From assembly GCF_004010195.1 (NCBI RefSeq), contig NW_025215231.1:5170-47033 (forward strand): a stretch of 41,864 nt of DNA. The letters run 5' to 3'. Each line of letters starts with the position of its first letter. The first letter of the stretch is position 1. The position numbers and the translations under genes are program-made. This DNA is from Chiloscyllium plagiosum (lineage: Eukaryota). Positions 10,029 through 22,640 of this stretch are shown piece by piece. Below the pieces are notes generated by a model, which saw nothing but the letters and a program-made list of their open reading frames with translations, was not told the origin of the DNA and searched no databases.

Positions 10029-13000
10029 ATAGAACGTAGAACATAGGACAGTACAGCACAGAACAGGCCCTTCAGCCCACGATGTTGTGCTGACCACTGA
10101 TCCTCATGTATGCACCCTCAAATTTCTGTGACCATATGCATGTCCAGGAGTCTCTTAAATGTCCCCAATGCCCCTCCCTCCACAACTGCTGCTGGCAACA
10201 CATTTCACGCTCTCACAACTCTCTGTGTAAAGAACCCGCCTCTGACAGCCCCTCTATACCTCCCTCCAACCAGCTTAAAACTATGACCCCTCGTGTTAGT
10301 CATTTCTGGGAAATAGTCTCTGGCTATCGACTTGATTTTTGCCTCTCATTATCTTGTATATCTCAATTAGGTCCCCTCTTCTCTTCCTTTTCTCCAATGA
10401 AAAAAGTCCGAGCTCAGTTAACCTCTCCTCATAAGATAAACCCTCCAGTCCAGGCAGAATTCTGGTAAACCTCCTCTGAACCCTCTCCAAAGTATCCACA
10501 TCTTTCTTATAATAGGGCGACCAGAACTGAACGCATTATTCCAAGTACAGTCCAACCAAAGTTTTATAGAGCTGCAACAAGATCTCAGGACTCTTAAACT
10601 CAATACCCCTGTTAATGAAAGCCAAAACACCATATGCTTTCTTAACAAACCTGTCCACTTTGGTGGCCATTTTAAGAGATCTAAGTACCTGCACACCAAG
10701 ATCCCACTGTTCCTCCACACTGCCAATAATCCTATCCTTAATCCTGTACTCAGCTTTCAAATTCGACCTTCCAAAATGTATCACCTCGCATTTATCCAGG
10801 TTGAACTCCATCTGCCACCTCTCAGCCCATCTCTGCATCCTGTCAATGTCCCGCTGCATCCTACAACAGCTCTCTATACTGTCAACGACACCTCCAACCT
10901 TTGTGTCATCTGCAAACTTGCTGACCCATCCTTCAATCCATTCATCCAAGTCATTAATAAAAGTTACAAACAGTAGAGGCCCAAGGACAGAGCCCTGTGG
11001 AACACCACTCACCACAGACTTCCAGGCAGAATATTTTCCTTCTACTACCACTCGCTGTTTTCTGTTGGCCAGCCAATTCTGTATCCAGACAGCTATGTTC
11101 CCCTGAATCCCATTCCTCCTGACCTTCTGAATGAGCCTACCATGGGGAACCTTATCAAATGCCTTGCTGAAGTCCATATACACCACATCCACAGCTCGAC
11201 CCTCACCAACCCTTCTCGTCATGGCCTCAAAGAACTGTATAAGATTAGTGAGGCATGACCTGCCCCTCACAAAGCCATGTTGACTGCATTTAATCAAGTC
11301 ATGCTCTTCCAGATGGTCATAAATCTTATCCCTCAAAATCCTTTCTAACACATTGCAGACAACAGACGTGAGACTTACCGGTCTGTAATTGCCGGGGATT
11401 TCCCTATTTCCTTTCGTGAAGAGAGGAATTACATTTGCCTCTCTCCAGTCCTCAGATACGACTCCAGTGGAGAGCGAGGATGAAAAGATCTTCGCAAGTG
11501 GAGAAGCATTTCTCGTTTCCCAAAGCAGCCGGCGACAAATCTGATCAAGGCCTGGCGACTTGTCAATCTTAATGTTTAACAAAATTTTCAGCACATCAGC
11601 TTCCTCTATCTCTATCCATTTCAGCATGCACACCTGCTCTTCAAAGGTTTCATTCACTACAAACTTCATTTCTTTCGTAAAGACAGAAGCAAAAAACTCA
11701 TTGAGGGCTTCCCCTACCTCCTCAGACTCCACACACAAATTCTCTATGCTATCCCTGATCGGGCCTACTCTTTCTTTGACCATTCCTTTATTCCTCACAT
11801 AAGTGTAAAATGCCTTTGTATTTTTCCTCATCCGTTCTGCCAAGCATTTCTCGTTCCCCCTCCTGGCTCTCCTCAGACCATTTTTAAGTTCCTTCCTTGC
11901 CTGCCTGTAATCCTGCCATACTAGTTTAAACCCTCTCGAACTACTCGTGCAAAACTTCCACCCAGGACATTGATCCTCTTCCAGTTCAGATGCAACCCGT
12001 CCTTCTTGTACAGGTCCCACCTTCCCCAGAAGGCAATCCAATTATCTACATATCTGAATCCCTCCCTCCTACACCAGCTGCGCAGCCACGTGTTAAGCTT
12101 CGCCTGCTCCCTGTTACTCGCCTCGCTATCTCGTGGCACCGGTAGTAAACTAGAGAACACTACTCTGTTCGTCCTGCTTTGCAGCTTCCATCCTAATTCC
12201 CTGAAATCACTTTTTATATCCTCGATCCTTTTCCTGGCTATATCATTAGTGCCAATATGTAACAAGATTTCTGGCTGTTCGCCCTCCCCTTTTAGAACCT
12301 TATGCACCCGATCGGAGACGTCCCGGACCCTGGCAACATACCTTCCGGGAATCCCGATCGTCACCACAAAATCTCCTGTCGATTCCCCTAACTATCGAGT
12401 CCCCTACCATGAATACTTTCCTATTCTGCCCCCTTCCCTTCTTTGCCACAGTGTCAGGCTCAGTGCCAGAGAACAGACTGCTATGGTTTTCCTCTGGTAG
12501 GTCATCACCCCCCCGAGCAGTATCCAAAGCGGTATACTTATTGCTGAGGGGAATGTCCACAGGGGATCTCTGCACTGTCTGACTGTCCTTTTTCCTCCCC
12601 CCTAACTGTAACCCATTTATCCTTGTCCTGAGCCTTAGGAGTGACTAACTCCCGGTAACTCCTCTCAATTACCCCCTCAGCCTCTCGAATGATCCGTATT
12701 TCATACTTTTCCAGCTCCAATTCCCTAACATGGTTTTCAAGGAGCTGGAGTTGGGTGCACCTCCCACAGATGTAGCCAGCGGAGACGTGTGCCATGTCTC
12801 CCAGCTGCCACTTTCGGCAGGAGGAGCAAGCAACTGCCCGAGCATCCATACCCGGCTTATCTGAACACCCACTCAGTACTAAAGTAGAAAGCTTAGTTCA
12901 ACTTGCTATAAAATTAAGAACAAACTTATATTCAATAGAGGAAGTTTAGAATGAACATTAACTTATTAACTAGGTTAGAGGAGGAGGGCGGTGGGAGACT

Positions 13001-13101
13001 CTACAGTAATAGAGTCTCGGGTCTTAGCCTTGCTGATATATATGGTCACTGCTTTCCTTCCCGGCTGACCCTCTGGTCCTCGTCACTCCACCCGCTGCTC
13101 C
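10029..13101 (-). mobile_element. CR1 LINE with 5' UTR, ORF1 and RT but lacking the endonuclease domain (internal deletion near 11912)
   Basis: 3' tail (ttctatg)n at 10029. Open RT frame 10536-~11910 (PGNYRPVSLTS, QHGF, DFSKAFDKV, GVPQGSVLGP, FADDTK). Frameshifted ORF1 12849-11921 with CxxC..CxxC, a leucine zipper and SGNH blocks GDS, GTND and DGLH. Confidence 0.92.
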
Positions 13102-13900
13102 AATTATGATGAATTGGAAAACCATAGTTTGGTTAGAGATAGTCAGCATGTCTTTGTGAGGGCAGGTCATGCTTCACAAACCTTATTGAATCCTTGAAGA
13201 TGTGTCAAAATGCACTGATGAAGGCAGACCAGGGGATGTGGTGCACATGGATTTTAGCAAGGCATTTGATAAGGTTGAAAATGTGTTGCTGGAAAAGCGC
13301 AGCAGGTCAGGCTGCATCCAAGGAACAGGAGAATCGACGTTTCGGGCATAAGGCCTTCTTCAGGACCATTTGATAAGGTTGCCCATGGAACGCTAATTCA
13401 GAAAGTAAGGACGCATGGGATACTGGGAAATTTGGTTGTCTGGATACAGAGTAGGCGTGTCCATAGAAGGCAGAGGCTGGTAGTAGATGGGAAGTATTCA
13501 GCCTGAAGCTTGGTGACCAGTGATGTTCCACAGGGATGGTTCTGGGCCCTCTGCTCTCTGTGATTTTTATAAATGACCTGCATGAGGAAGTGGAAGGGTG
13601 GGTTTGTAAGTTTGCCAATGACATGAAGGTTGGTGGAGTGGTGGATAGTATGGAGGACTGCTCTAGGTTGCAACAGGGCATTGACAGGATGCAGAACTGG
13701 AGTGTTAAGTGTCAGATGGAGTTCAACCTGGAAAAGCATGAAGTGATTCACTTTGGAAACTGAAATGCAGAATGCAGGGTTAAAGGCAGCATTCTTGACA
13801 GTGTGGAGGAACAGAAGGATCTTGGGGTTCATGCCTATTGATCCCTCAAAGTCACCCAGCGCCCCCCAAATGTGTTGAGGCAACTTATAGCGTGTTTGCT
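13102..13900 (+). mobile_element. CR1 LINE RT fragment running into the assembly gap
   Basis: DFSKAFDK, VLGPLL..IFINDL, KFANDMKVGG, QMEFNLEKHEVIHFG. Confidence 0.85.
13278..13366 (-). mobile_element. 89-bp Penelope-terminus-derived insertion carrying a minimal hammerhead ribozyme core, with 15-bp TSD
   Basis: The minus strand reads CTGAAGA-A-GGCC-TTAT-GCCC-GAAAC-GTC-GATTC (CUGANGA / stem II / GAAA / GUC). It is flanked by CATTTGATAAGGTTG at 13263-13277 and 13367-13381. Confidence 0.8.
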
Positions 13901-14429
13901 NNNNNNNNNNNNNNNNNNNNNNNNNNNNNNNNNNNNNNNNNNNNNNNNNNNNNNNNNNNNNNNNNNNNNNNNNNNNNNNNNNNNNNNNNNNNNNNNNNNN
14001 NNNNNNNNNNNNNNNNNNNNNNNNNNNNNNNNNNNNNNNNNNNNNNNNNNNNNNNNNNNNNNNNNNNNNNNNNNNNNNNNNNNNNNNNNNNNNNNNNNNN
14101 NNNNNNNNNNNNNNNNNNNNNNNNNNNNNNNNNNNNNNNNNNNNNNNNNNNNNNNNNNNNNNNNNNNNNNNNNNNNNNNNNNNNNNNNNNNNNNNNNNNN
14201 NNNNNNNNNNNNNNNNNNNNNNNNNNNNNNNNNNNNNNNNNNNNNNNNNNNNNNNNNNNNNNNNNNNNNNNNNNNNNNNNNNNNNNNNNNNNNNNNNNNN
14301 NNNNNNNNNNNNNNNNNNNNNNNNNNNNNNNNNNNNNNNNNNNNNNNNNNNNNNNNNNNNNNNNNNNNNNNNNNNNNNNNNNNNNNNNNNNNNNNNNNNN
14401 NNNNNNNNNNNNNNNNNNNNNNNNNNNNN
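13901..14429. other. Assembly gap (529 N)
   Basis: Run of N. Confidence 1.
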
Positions 14430-14872
14430 CTGGACGCTGAGATCTCTCTGCTTATCTACACTACCAAGAATCTTACCATTAGCCCAGTACTCTGTATTCT
14501 TGTTCCTCCTTCCAAAGTGAATCACCTCACACTTTTCCACATTAAGTTCCATTTGCCAACTCTCAGCCCAGCTCTGCAGCTTATCGATGTCCCTCTGTAG
14601 ACTGCAACATCCTTCAACACTATCCACAACTCCAGCGACCTTATTGTCATCCACAAATGTACTAACCCATCCTTCTAGACCCTCATCTAGGTCATTTATA
14701 AAAATGACAAACAGCAGTGCAGCCAAAACAAATCCTTGCGATACACCACTAGTAACGAACTCCAGGGTGAATATTTCCCACCAGCCACCACCCTCTGTCT
14801 TCTTTCAACCAGCCACCTTCTGATCCAAACTGCTGAAACACCCTCAATCCCGTGTCTCTGTGTTTTGTGCAA
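14430..14872 (-). mobile_element. CR1 RT fragment, followed by a plus-strand CR1 3' end (about 14873-14987)
   Basis: Minus-strand LLFVIFINDLDEGLEGWVSTFVDDNKVAGVVDS...WQMELNVEKCEVIHFG. Then a plus-strand 3' UTR ending tatgttctatgtt. Confidence 0.8.
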
Positions 14873-15388
14873 TTTAAGCGACTCTTGGATAGGCACATAG
14901 AGGAGAGAATAGAGTCAGATAAATGGTCGGCACAACATCAAAGGCTGAAGGGCCTATACTATGCTGTATTATAGTATGTTCTATGTTTACATCACAGGTT
15001 CAGTCCCCACACTGGCTGAGATCATCATGAAGGTCCTACCTTCCCAACCTCACCGTTCCCCTGAGGCACGGTGACCCTCAGGTTAAACTCACAGCCAGTT
15101 GTCTCTCACTAATGAGAGAGCAGCCCTATGGTGCACAGGGACTATGGCGATTTTACTGAAGGAATATATACCCAAGTCAGGATGGCGAGTGGCTTGGAAG
15201 GGAACATGCAGGTCATGGTGTTCTCATGCATCTACTGCCTTTGTCTTTAGGAAGGTAGTGAGCATAGATGTTGAAGGTGAGTCTCTGCAATGTGTATTGT
15301 CAATGATACTCAGTGGTGCCAATGAGCACCGGTGGTGGATAGACATTGTTTGTAGAAGTGGTGCCGATCAAACTGGTTACTTCATCGT

Positions 15389-15624
15389 AAAAGAGAAAAT
15401 GTTGGAGAAACTCAGCAGGCCTAGTGTAACTATGAAGAGAGAGAGTGAATGAATGTTTCTAGTCCGACATGACACCTTGTCAGCACTGTTTTGAAGGAGG
15501 GTGATATTGGACTCAAAGTTTAACTTTATGTATCTCTCCAAATTTGTTGCCAGATTTGCTGAATTTCTCCAGCACTTTCTGATTTCATGTCGGAATTTGA
15601 GTGTCTGCAACATTGTGCTTTTTT
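15389..15624. repeat. Palindromic (head-to-head) Penelope-terminus-derived element with degenerate hammerhead cores
   Basis: The left arm agaaaatgttggagaaactcagcagg (15394-15419) is the near reverse complement of atttgctgaatttctccagcactttct (about 15553-15580). Both arms are related to the 13278-13366 insert. Confidence 0.65.
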
Positions 15625-15925
15625 GTGGCTGCTTGGTCATGCTGGGATTCCATTTCTTGAAGGATCTTGGAGATATTTCCATCCAGGCAAGTGGGAAGTA
15701 TTTCATCACACTCCTGACGTGTGCCTTGGAGATGGTGGAGAGGCTTTTGGAGCCATGAGGTACATCCCTCACTGCAGTGTTCCTGCCACCTGAGCTGCTC
15801 TTATAGCCACAGTACTTACATTGTAAACCCATTTCATTTTCAGCTCAAAGCTCTCTTCTTGGAGGTGATAATTGTTTTACATTTGTGTGGCACGGATGCT
15901 AATTGCCATTTGACAGCCAGGCCTG

Positions 15926-18900
15926 GAACATAGAACATTAAACATTACAGCACAGTACAGGCCCTTCGGCCCTCGATGTTGCGCCGACCTGTGAAACCAA
16001 TCTCAAGCCCATCTAACCTACATCATTCCATGATCATCCATATGTTTATCCAATGACCATGTAAATGTTCTTAAAGTTGGCAAGTCTGCTACTGTTGCAG
16101 GCGGGGCATTCCATGCCCCGACTACTCTCTGAATAAGGAAGCTACCTCTGACAGTAAAGCTCTGTCCCTTCGTACCAGCCATCTCCATTCAAGGAAAAGG
16201 ACTTTCACTGTCCACCCTATCTAATCCTCTGATCATCTTGTATGTCTCTATGAAGTCACCTCTCAACTTTCTTCTCTCTAACAAAAACAGCCTCAAGTCC
16301 CTCAGCCTTCCCTCATAAGACCATCTCTCCACACCAGGCAACATCCTGATAAATCCTCTCTGCATCCTTTCCAATGTTTCCACATCCTACTTTTAATATC
16401 AGAACTGTACGCAATACGCCAAGTGCGGCCGCACCAGAGTTTTGTACAGCTGCAACATGACCTCATGGCTCTGAACCTCAATCACTCTACTAATTAAAGC
16501 TAACACACTGTGCGCTTTCTTAACAACCCTATCAACCTGGGTGGCAACTTTTTGGGATCTATGTACATCGACACAGAGATCTCTATGCTCACCACACCAC
16601 CAAAGCCTTTAACCAAGTATTCCGTATTCCTGTTCCTCCTTCCAAAATGAATCACCTCACACTTTTCTGCATTAAACTCCACTTGCCAAATCTCAGCCCA
16701 GCTCTGCAGCTAATCTTTGTCCTTTTGTAACCTGCAGCATTTTTCTGCACTGTCCACAACTCCACTGACCTAGTGTCATCCGCAAATTTAATGAACCCAT
16801 CCTTCTACAACCTGATTCAAGTCATTTATAAAAATGACAAACACCAGTGAATGAAAAACAGATCCTTGTGATACACCACTAGTAACTGAACTCCAGGATA
16901 AACATTTCCCATCAACAACCACCCTTACAGCTCACCAATTTCTGATGCAAAAAGCTAAATCACCCTCAATCCCATGTCTCCATGCCTCCGTATTTTGTGC
17001 AATAACATATCATGGAGACCCTTATCAAAAGCCTGACTGAAACCAATATCCACCACATTGACCACCTAATCTGCTGCTTGGTTTGTCAGGCACGATCTAC
17101 CCTTCACAAAACCATGTTGACTAGCCCTAATCAACTTCGTCCTTTCTGGATGATTGAAGGATGATTATAAATCTGAACTCTTATAACTTTTTCCAACACT
17201 CTATCCACAATCGAAGTAAGGCTCACTGGTCTATAAATGCCAGGGTCGTCTCTACTCCCCTTCTTGAACAAGGGAACAACTTTTACTGTCCTCCAGTCTT
17301 CTGGCACCATTCCTGTAGACAATGATGACATAAAGATCAAAGTCTCCGCAATCTCCTCTCTGGCTTCCCAGAGAATCCTACAATAAATCCCCTTCAACCC
17401 AGGGGACTTATCTATGTTCACACTTTCCAGAATTGCTAACACTTCCTCTCATGAACCTCAATCCCGTCTTGTCTAATAATCTGGATCTCAGTATTCTCCT
17501 CGACAACATTGTTTTTTTCAGTCTGAACACGAATGTGAAATATTCATTTACTGCCTCTCCTATCTCGTCAGACTTCACGCACAACTTCCCATTATTGTCT
17601 TTGTCTGGTCCTAATCTTAATTTAGTCATTTTTTAATTCCTGATATACTGATAGAAAGCTTTTAGGTTTTCCTTGATGCGACCTGCCAAAAACTTCTCAT
17701 ATCCCCTCCTGGCCCTTCTTTGCTTTCTCTTTTGGTCCTTCCTGGCTAATTTGTAACTCTCAAACACCTAACTGAGCCTTCATGTCTCATCTTTACATAA
17801 GCCTCCTTCTTCCTCTTAACAACAGACACAACTTCTTTACTAAATCAAGGTTCACTCGTTCCACTACCTTCTTGCTGCCTGACAGGTACATACTTATCAA
17901 GGACATGTAGTAGCTGATCCTTGAAAAAGCTCCACATTTCAATTGTGCCCATCCTCTGCAGTTTCCTTCCCATCCTATGCATCCTAAATCTTGCCAAATC
18001 ACAGCATAATTACCTTTCCCCCAACTATATCACTTTCCCTGCGATATATCCCTGTCCCTTTTCATCACTAAAGTAAACGTAACCTAATTGTGGTCACTAT
18101 CACGAAAGTGCTCACCTTCCTCCAAATCAAAACCTGGACGGGTTCATTATCTAGTACCAAATCCAATGAGGCCTCGCCCCTTGTTGGCCTGTCTATATAC
18201 TCTGTCAAGAAATGCTCCTGCACACATTGGACAAAAACTGACACATCTAAAGTACTCGAACTACAATGTTTCCAGTCAATACTTGGAAAGTCAAAGGCCC
18301 CCATAGCAACCACTCTATTACTTTCTCTCCTATCCAGAATCATCTTTGTAATCCTTTCCTCTACATTTCTGGAAGCCAACAGAAAACCCCCAACAGCATG
18401 ACCTCTGCTTTCTTGTTTCTAACCTCAGCCCATTCTACCTCAGTGGACCAGTCCTCATCAAATGTCCTTTCTGCCACCATAACACTGACCTTAACGAACA
18501 TAGCCACACCTCCCCCTCTTTTACCACCTTCCCGGTTCTAACTGAAACATCTCAACCCTGGAACTTGTAATAACCATTCCTATCACTGCTCGATCCAGGT
18601 CTCTGAAATGGCTACAACATTGAAGTCCCAACCCATGCTGCAAGGTCACCCACCTTATTCTGGATGCTCCTGGTGTTGAAGTAGACACACTTGAAACCAA
18701 ATTCCTTCCTGCCGCTGCATTCCTGCAACCTTGAAAGCCTATTCCGGACCTTATTGTTCTCCACCTCCTGTGCACTGATGCTACAATTCAGGTTCCCATC
18801 TCCTGCTTTATTAGTTTAAACCCTCCCAAAGAGCATTAGCAAACCTGCCCCCAGGTTAGTGTACCTCTCTGGTTCAGGTGTAGACCATCCTGTTTGTAGA

Positions 18901-20030
18901 AGACCCACCTACTCCAGAATAAGCCCCAATTATCCAGGTACCTAAATCCCTCCCTCCTGCATCATCCTTGTAGCCACATGTTCAACTTTTCTCTCTCCCT
19001 ATTCCTTGCTCGCATGCGGCATAGGTAACAAACCAGAGTTGACATCTCTGTTTGTTTCAGCTCTAAACTTCCACCCTAACTCCCTGAATATCTGCTTTAA
19101 AACCCCATCCTTTTTCCTACCCATGTCGTTGGTGCCTATGTGGACCATGAGTTCGGGCTGTTCCCCTTCCACCTCAAGGATCCAGAAAACACGATCTGAG
19201 ATGTCATGAACCCTGGCACCTGGGAGGCAGCACATCAACCCTGATTCTCTCTCGTTCCTACAGATTCTCCTATCTGTCCCCTCACTGTAAAGTCCCCAAT
19301 GACTAATCCTCTGCTCCTCTTTCACTCCAAACAACAAAGAGCCAAGAAACTTTACAGCCCAAGAACAGGCCCCTCAGCCCTCCAAGCCTGAGCCAACTCA
19401 AACCTACTCTCTAAACCTGTCGCCCAATTCATAAGTATCTGTATCCCTCTGTTCCCCACCTACTCATGCATCTGTCCAGTCGCATCTTAAATGAATCTAA
19501 CATACCTGCCTCTAATACCTCTGCTGGCAATGCATTCCAGACACCTACCATCTTCCGTGTAAAGTACTTGCCGTGTGTATCCCCCCTTAAACTTTTCACC
19601 TTTCACCTTGAAAGCGTGACCTCTCATTACTGACTCCTTCACCCTGGGAAAAAGCTTATCTCTATCTACCCTGTCTATACCCTTCATACGCTCAATCAGG
19701 TCCCCCCTCAATCTTCTTTTTTCTAATCCTTCCTTTCTGAGCAACATGGACAGATTCTGTGCCAGAGACCTGTGCCCCATTGCTTACCCCTGGTAAGTTG
19801 TCCCTCCCCAGCAGTAACCAAAACCGTATGCTTGTTATTGAGGGGAACGGCCACAAGGGAACTCTGCACTGTCTGCCTGTTCCTTTCTGTCTCCTGACTG
19901 TAATCTACCTTTTCCCTCGTACTTGAGGTGTGACTACCTCCCTGTAACTCCTCTCAATTACTCCCTCAGCCTCCCGAATGATCCGAAGTTCATCCAGCTC
20001 CCTTACCGTTTCTGAGGAGCTGAAGTTGCC
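15926..20030 (-). mobile_element. Near full-length, 5'-truncated decayed CR1 LINE (ORF1 esterase, APE endonuclease, RT)
   Basis: Tail at 15926. RT remnants 16189-17442, endonuclease remnants (DFPSIDW, PTRGEASLDLVL) 18068-18379, and SGNH ORF1 CCLPGARVHD...HIGTND 18999-19337. Many disablements. Confidence 0.9.
19335..19728 (-). mobile_element. 5'-truncated CR1 3' fragment nested in ORF1 of the preceding element
   Basis: LEKRRLRGDLIE...DRDKLFPRV...RGHAFKV plus 3' UTR. Same subfamily as 26478-26895. Confidence 0.8.
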
Positions 20031-20354
20031 CAGATCTTACTGCAGAGCCACATGGAGGGCTTCAGGGAAAAATGCTGCTGAACATTGTGTGAGTATTAGC
20101 GAACCCTCGGACTCATGACATTCTGCCTGAGGGAAGGTCAGTGATACAGTCACTAAAGATCGTTAGGGCTGGGACACAATCTTGAGGACCTCCTGCTGTG
20201 ATGGCCTGGAGCTCAGATGGCTGACTTCCACCAACCGCACCAATTGCTGTGGGTCTGGAGTCACATGTAGCCCAGACAAGACAAGGACAGCCCTAATCCC
20301 TAAAGGGAATTAGAGAACCAGATGGGTTTTAACAACAATTGACAATGGTTTTGT

Positions 20355-20905
20355 GGAGAGATAAGTGAGAGGAGGGTGAGGGTGGGGAGAAAGTAGCATA
20401 GAGTAAAATAGGTGAGTGGGGGAGGGGATGAAGGTGATAGTTCGGGAGCGGGGGGAGGGTGGAGTGGATAGGTGGAAAAGAAGATAGGCAGGTAGGACAG
20501 GTCATGGGGACAGTGCTGAGCTGTAAGTTCGGAACTGGGGTGAGGTGGGGGAAGGGGAAATGAGGAAACTGTTGAAGTCCACATTGATGCCCTGTGGTTG
20601 AATTGTTCTGAGGCGTTCTTCCTCCAGGTGTCTGGTGGTGAGGGAGCGGCGGTGAAGGATGCCCAGGATCTCCATGTCCTCGGTAGAGTGGGAGGGAGAG
20701 TTGAAATGTTGGGCAATAGGGCGGTGTGTTTGATTGGTGCGGGTGTCCCGGAGATGTTCCCTAAAGCGCTCTGCTAGGAGGCGTCCAGTCTCCCCAATGT
20801 AGAGGAGACCGCATCGGGAGCAATGGATACAATAAATGATATTGTTGGATGTGCAGGTAAAACTTTGATGGATGTGGAAGGCTCCTTTAGGGCCTTGGAA
20901 GGAGG
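20355..20905 (-). mobile_element. Penelope-like element 3' fragment (GIY-YIG endonuclease)
   Basis: Minus strand: FHIHQSFTCTSNNIIYCIHCSRCGLLYIGETGRLLAERFREHL...AQHFNSPSHS...QPQGINVDF. Confidence 0.88.
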
Positions 20906-20929
20906 TTCAGCAACAAACCCCATTAGTGT

Positions 20930-22640
20930 ATAACTCTTGCTCTAATTTGTCTTTTCAAAATACAGCACCTCACATTTATCTAAATTAAACTCCATCTGTC
21001 ACTCCTTGGCCTATTGACCCATCTGAATAAGATCCTGTGTACTCTGAGGTAACTTCCAATTTTGGTGTCATCTGCAAACTTACGAACTATACCTGCTATT
21101 TTCACATCCAAATCATTTATGGAAATGATTAGATTCATGATTAGATTAGATTCCTTACAGTGTGGAAACAGGCCCTTCGGCCCAAGTCCACACCGACCCT
21201 CCGAAGAGCAGCCCACCCAGACGCATTCCCCTACATTTACGCTTACACCCAACACTACGGGCAATTCAGCGTGGGCATTTCACCTAACCTACACATCTTT
21301 GTACTGTGGGAGGAAACTGGAGCACCCGGAGGAAACCCACATAGACACGGAGAGAATGAGCAAACTCCACACAGACAGTTGTCTGAGGAAGGAATTGAAT
21401 CCGGGTCTCTGGTGCTGTGAGGCAGCAATGCTAACCACTGTGCCACCGTGCCACTCCAACTTGCTTCTCACTTTACTTGCTTCTCACTGATTTCTAAGGT
21501 ACACCTGATCAGGTCCTAGGATTTATCTATTTTTATGCATTTTGAGATGTCCACTGTAACATGATGAAAAGCAATGGACCCAACACTGATCCTTGTGGCA
21601 CACCATGGATGTCAGGCCTCCAGTCTGAAAAGCAACCCTCCATCAACAACCTCTGTCTGCTATCTTTGAGCCAGTTCTGCATCCAAATAACTAGTTCCCC
21701 CTGCATTCCATCATCTCTAATCTTGCTAACCAGTCCACCGTGAAGACCCTTGTTGAATGCCTAACTAAAAGTTCATGTAGATTACAGCCACTGCTCTGCC
21801 CTCATCAATCCTCTTCACACGCACAGAGTCATGCTGACTATCCCTAAACAGTCCTTGCCTTTCCAAATATATGTAAACCCTATCCCTTAGGATTACCTTC
21901 ATCGACTTTTCCACCATCAATCAGGCTCACTGGTCTATAGATCCCTAGCTTTTCCTTACCACCTTTTTTAAATAATGGCACCCTGTTAGCCAACAGTCAG
22001 CCTTCCAGCGCCTCACCTGTGACTATTGATGATACAAATATCTCAGCAAGAGGCTCAGCAATCACTTTACTTGCTTCTCACTGATTTCTAGCGTACACCT
22101 GATCTGGTCCAGGGATTTAACTATCTTTATGCATTTTGAGATGTTCACTGTAACAAGGACATTTTTTCAGATATCACCATCTCATTCCCCACATTCTATA
22201 TCTTACATGACCTTCTCCACAGTAAATACTGATGCAACATATTTGTTTAGTATCACCCCATCTCCTGTGGTTCCACATATAGGGTGCCTTGCTGATCTTT
22301 GAGGGGCACTATTCTCTTCCCAGTTAATCTTTTATCCTGAATGTATTCATTGAATCTGTTTGGATTCTCCTTACCCCGATTTGCCAGTGCTATCTCATGT
22401 TCCATTTTTGCCTTCCTGATTCTCCTCTTAAATATATTCCTACTGCATTTATTCTCATCTCAGGATTCACTTGATTTCTGCTGCCTGACATATGCTTCCT
22501 TCTTTTTCTCAAATAAAACCTCATATTTCAAATCATCCAGTATTCCCTGCATCTACCAGCCTTGCCTTTCACCCGAACAGGAACATACTGTCTCTGGACT
22601 CTCATTATCTCATGTTTGAAGGCTTCCCATTGTCCAGCCC
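20930..22640 (-). mobile_element. Decayed CR1 ORF2 fragment interrupted by an HE1 SINE
   Basis: INDLDVKIAGIVRKFADDTKIG, antisense VPQGSVLGP, and QWEAFKHEIMRVQRQYVPVRVK. Confidence 0.8.
21130..21454 (-). mobile_element. HE1-type tRNA-derived SINE
   Basis: Minus-strand A box TGGCACAGTGG and B box GATTCAATTCC, the shared body, and a CR1-derived 3' end with (TAATC)n tail. Confidence 0.88.

Larger units (their letters stand above)
15165..20225 (-). mobile_element. Old LINE of a second CR1/L2-group family, fragmented by younger insertions (pieces about 15165-15385, 15625-15925, 20035-20225)
   Basis: KSLSTISKAHVRSVMKYFPLAWM (15377..15832 ORF) matches the plus-strand copy MMEYSPQAWMGAAPT at 33320. 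Confidence 0.55.

Noticed and set aside
10615-12500. Plus-strand ORFs of 163 and 176 aa
   Set aside because: Antisense shadows of CR1 ORF2 and ORF1. The same applies to many short ORFs over other LINE and SINE copies.
12973-12983. GGTTAGAGGAG matches part of the flavivirus 3' UTR CS2 sequence
   Set aside because: An 11-nt match with no other viral features, lying inside a CR1 leader. Treated as coincidence.
13398-14726. Long ORFs of 200-442 aa spanning 13.4-14.7 kb
   Set aside because: Artefacts of translating through the N gap.
14990-15155. Probable SINE-like repeat fragment (a second unclassified one near 20245-20350)
   Set aside because: Looks like common shark interspersed repeat sequence, but I cannot assign a family or boundaries from the sequence alone.
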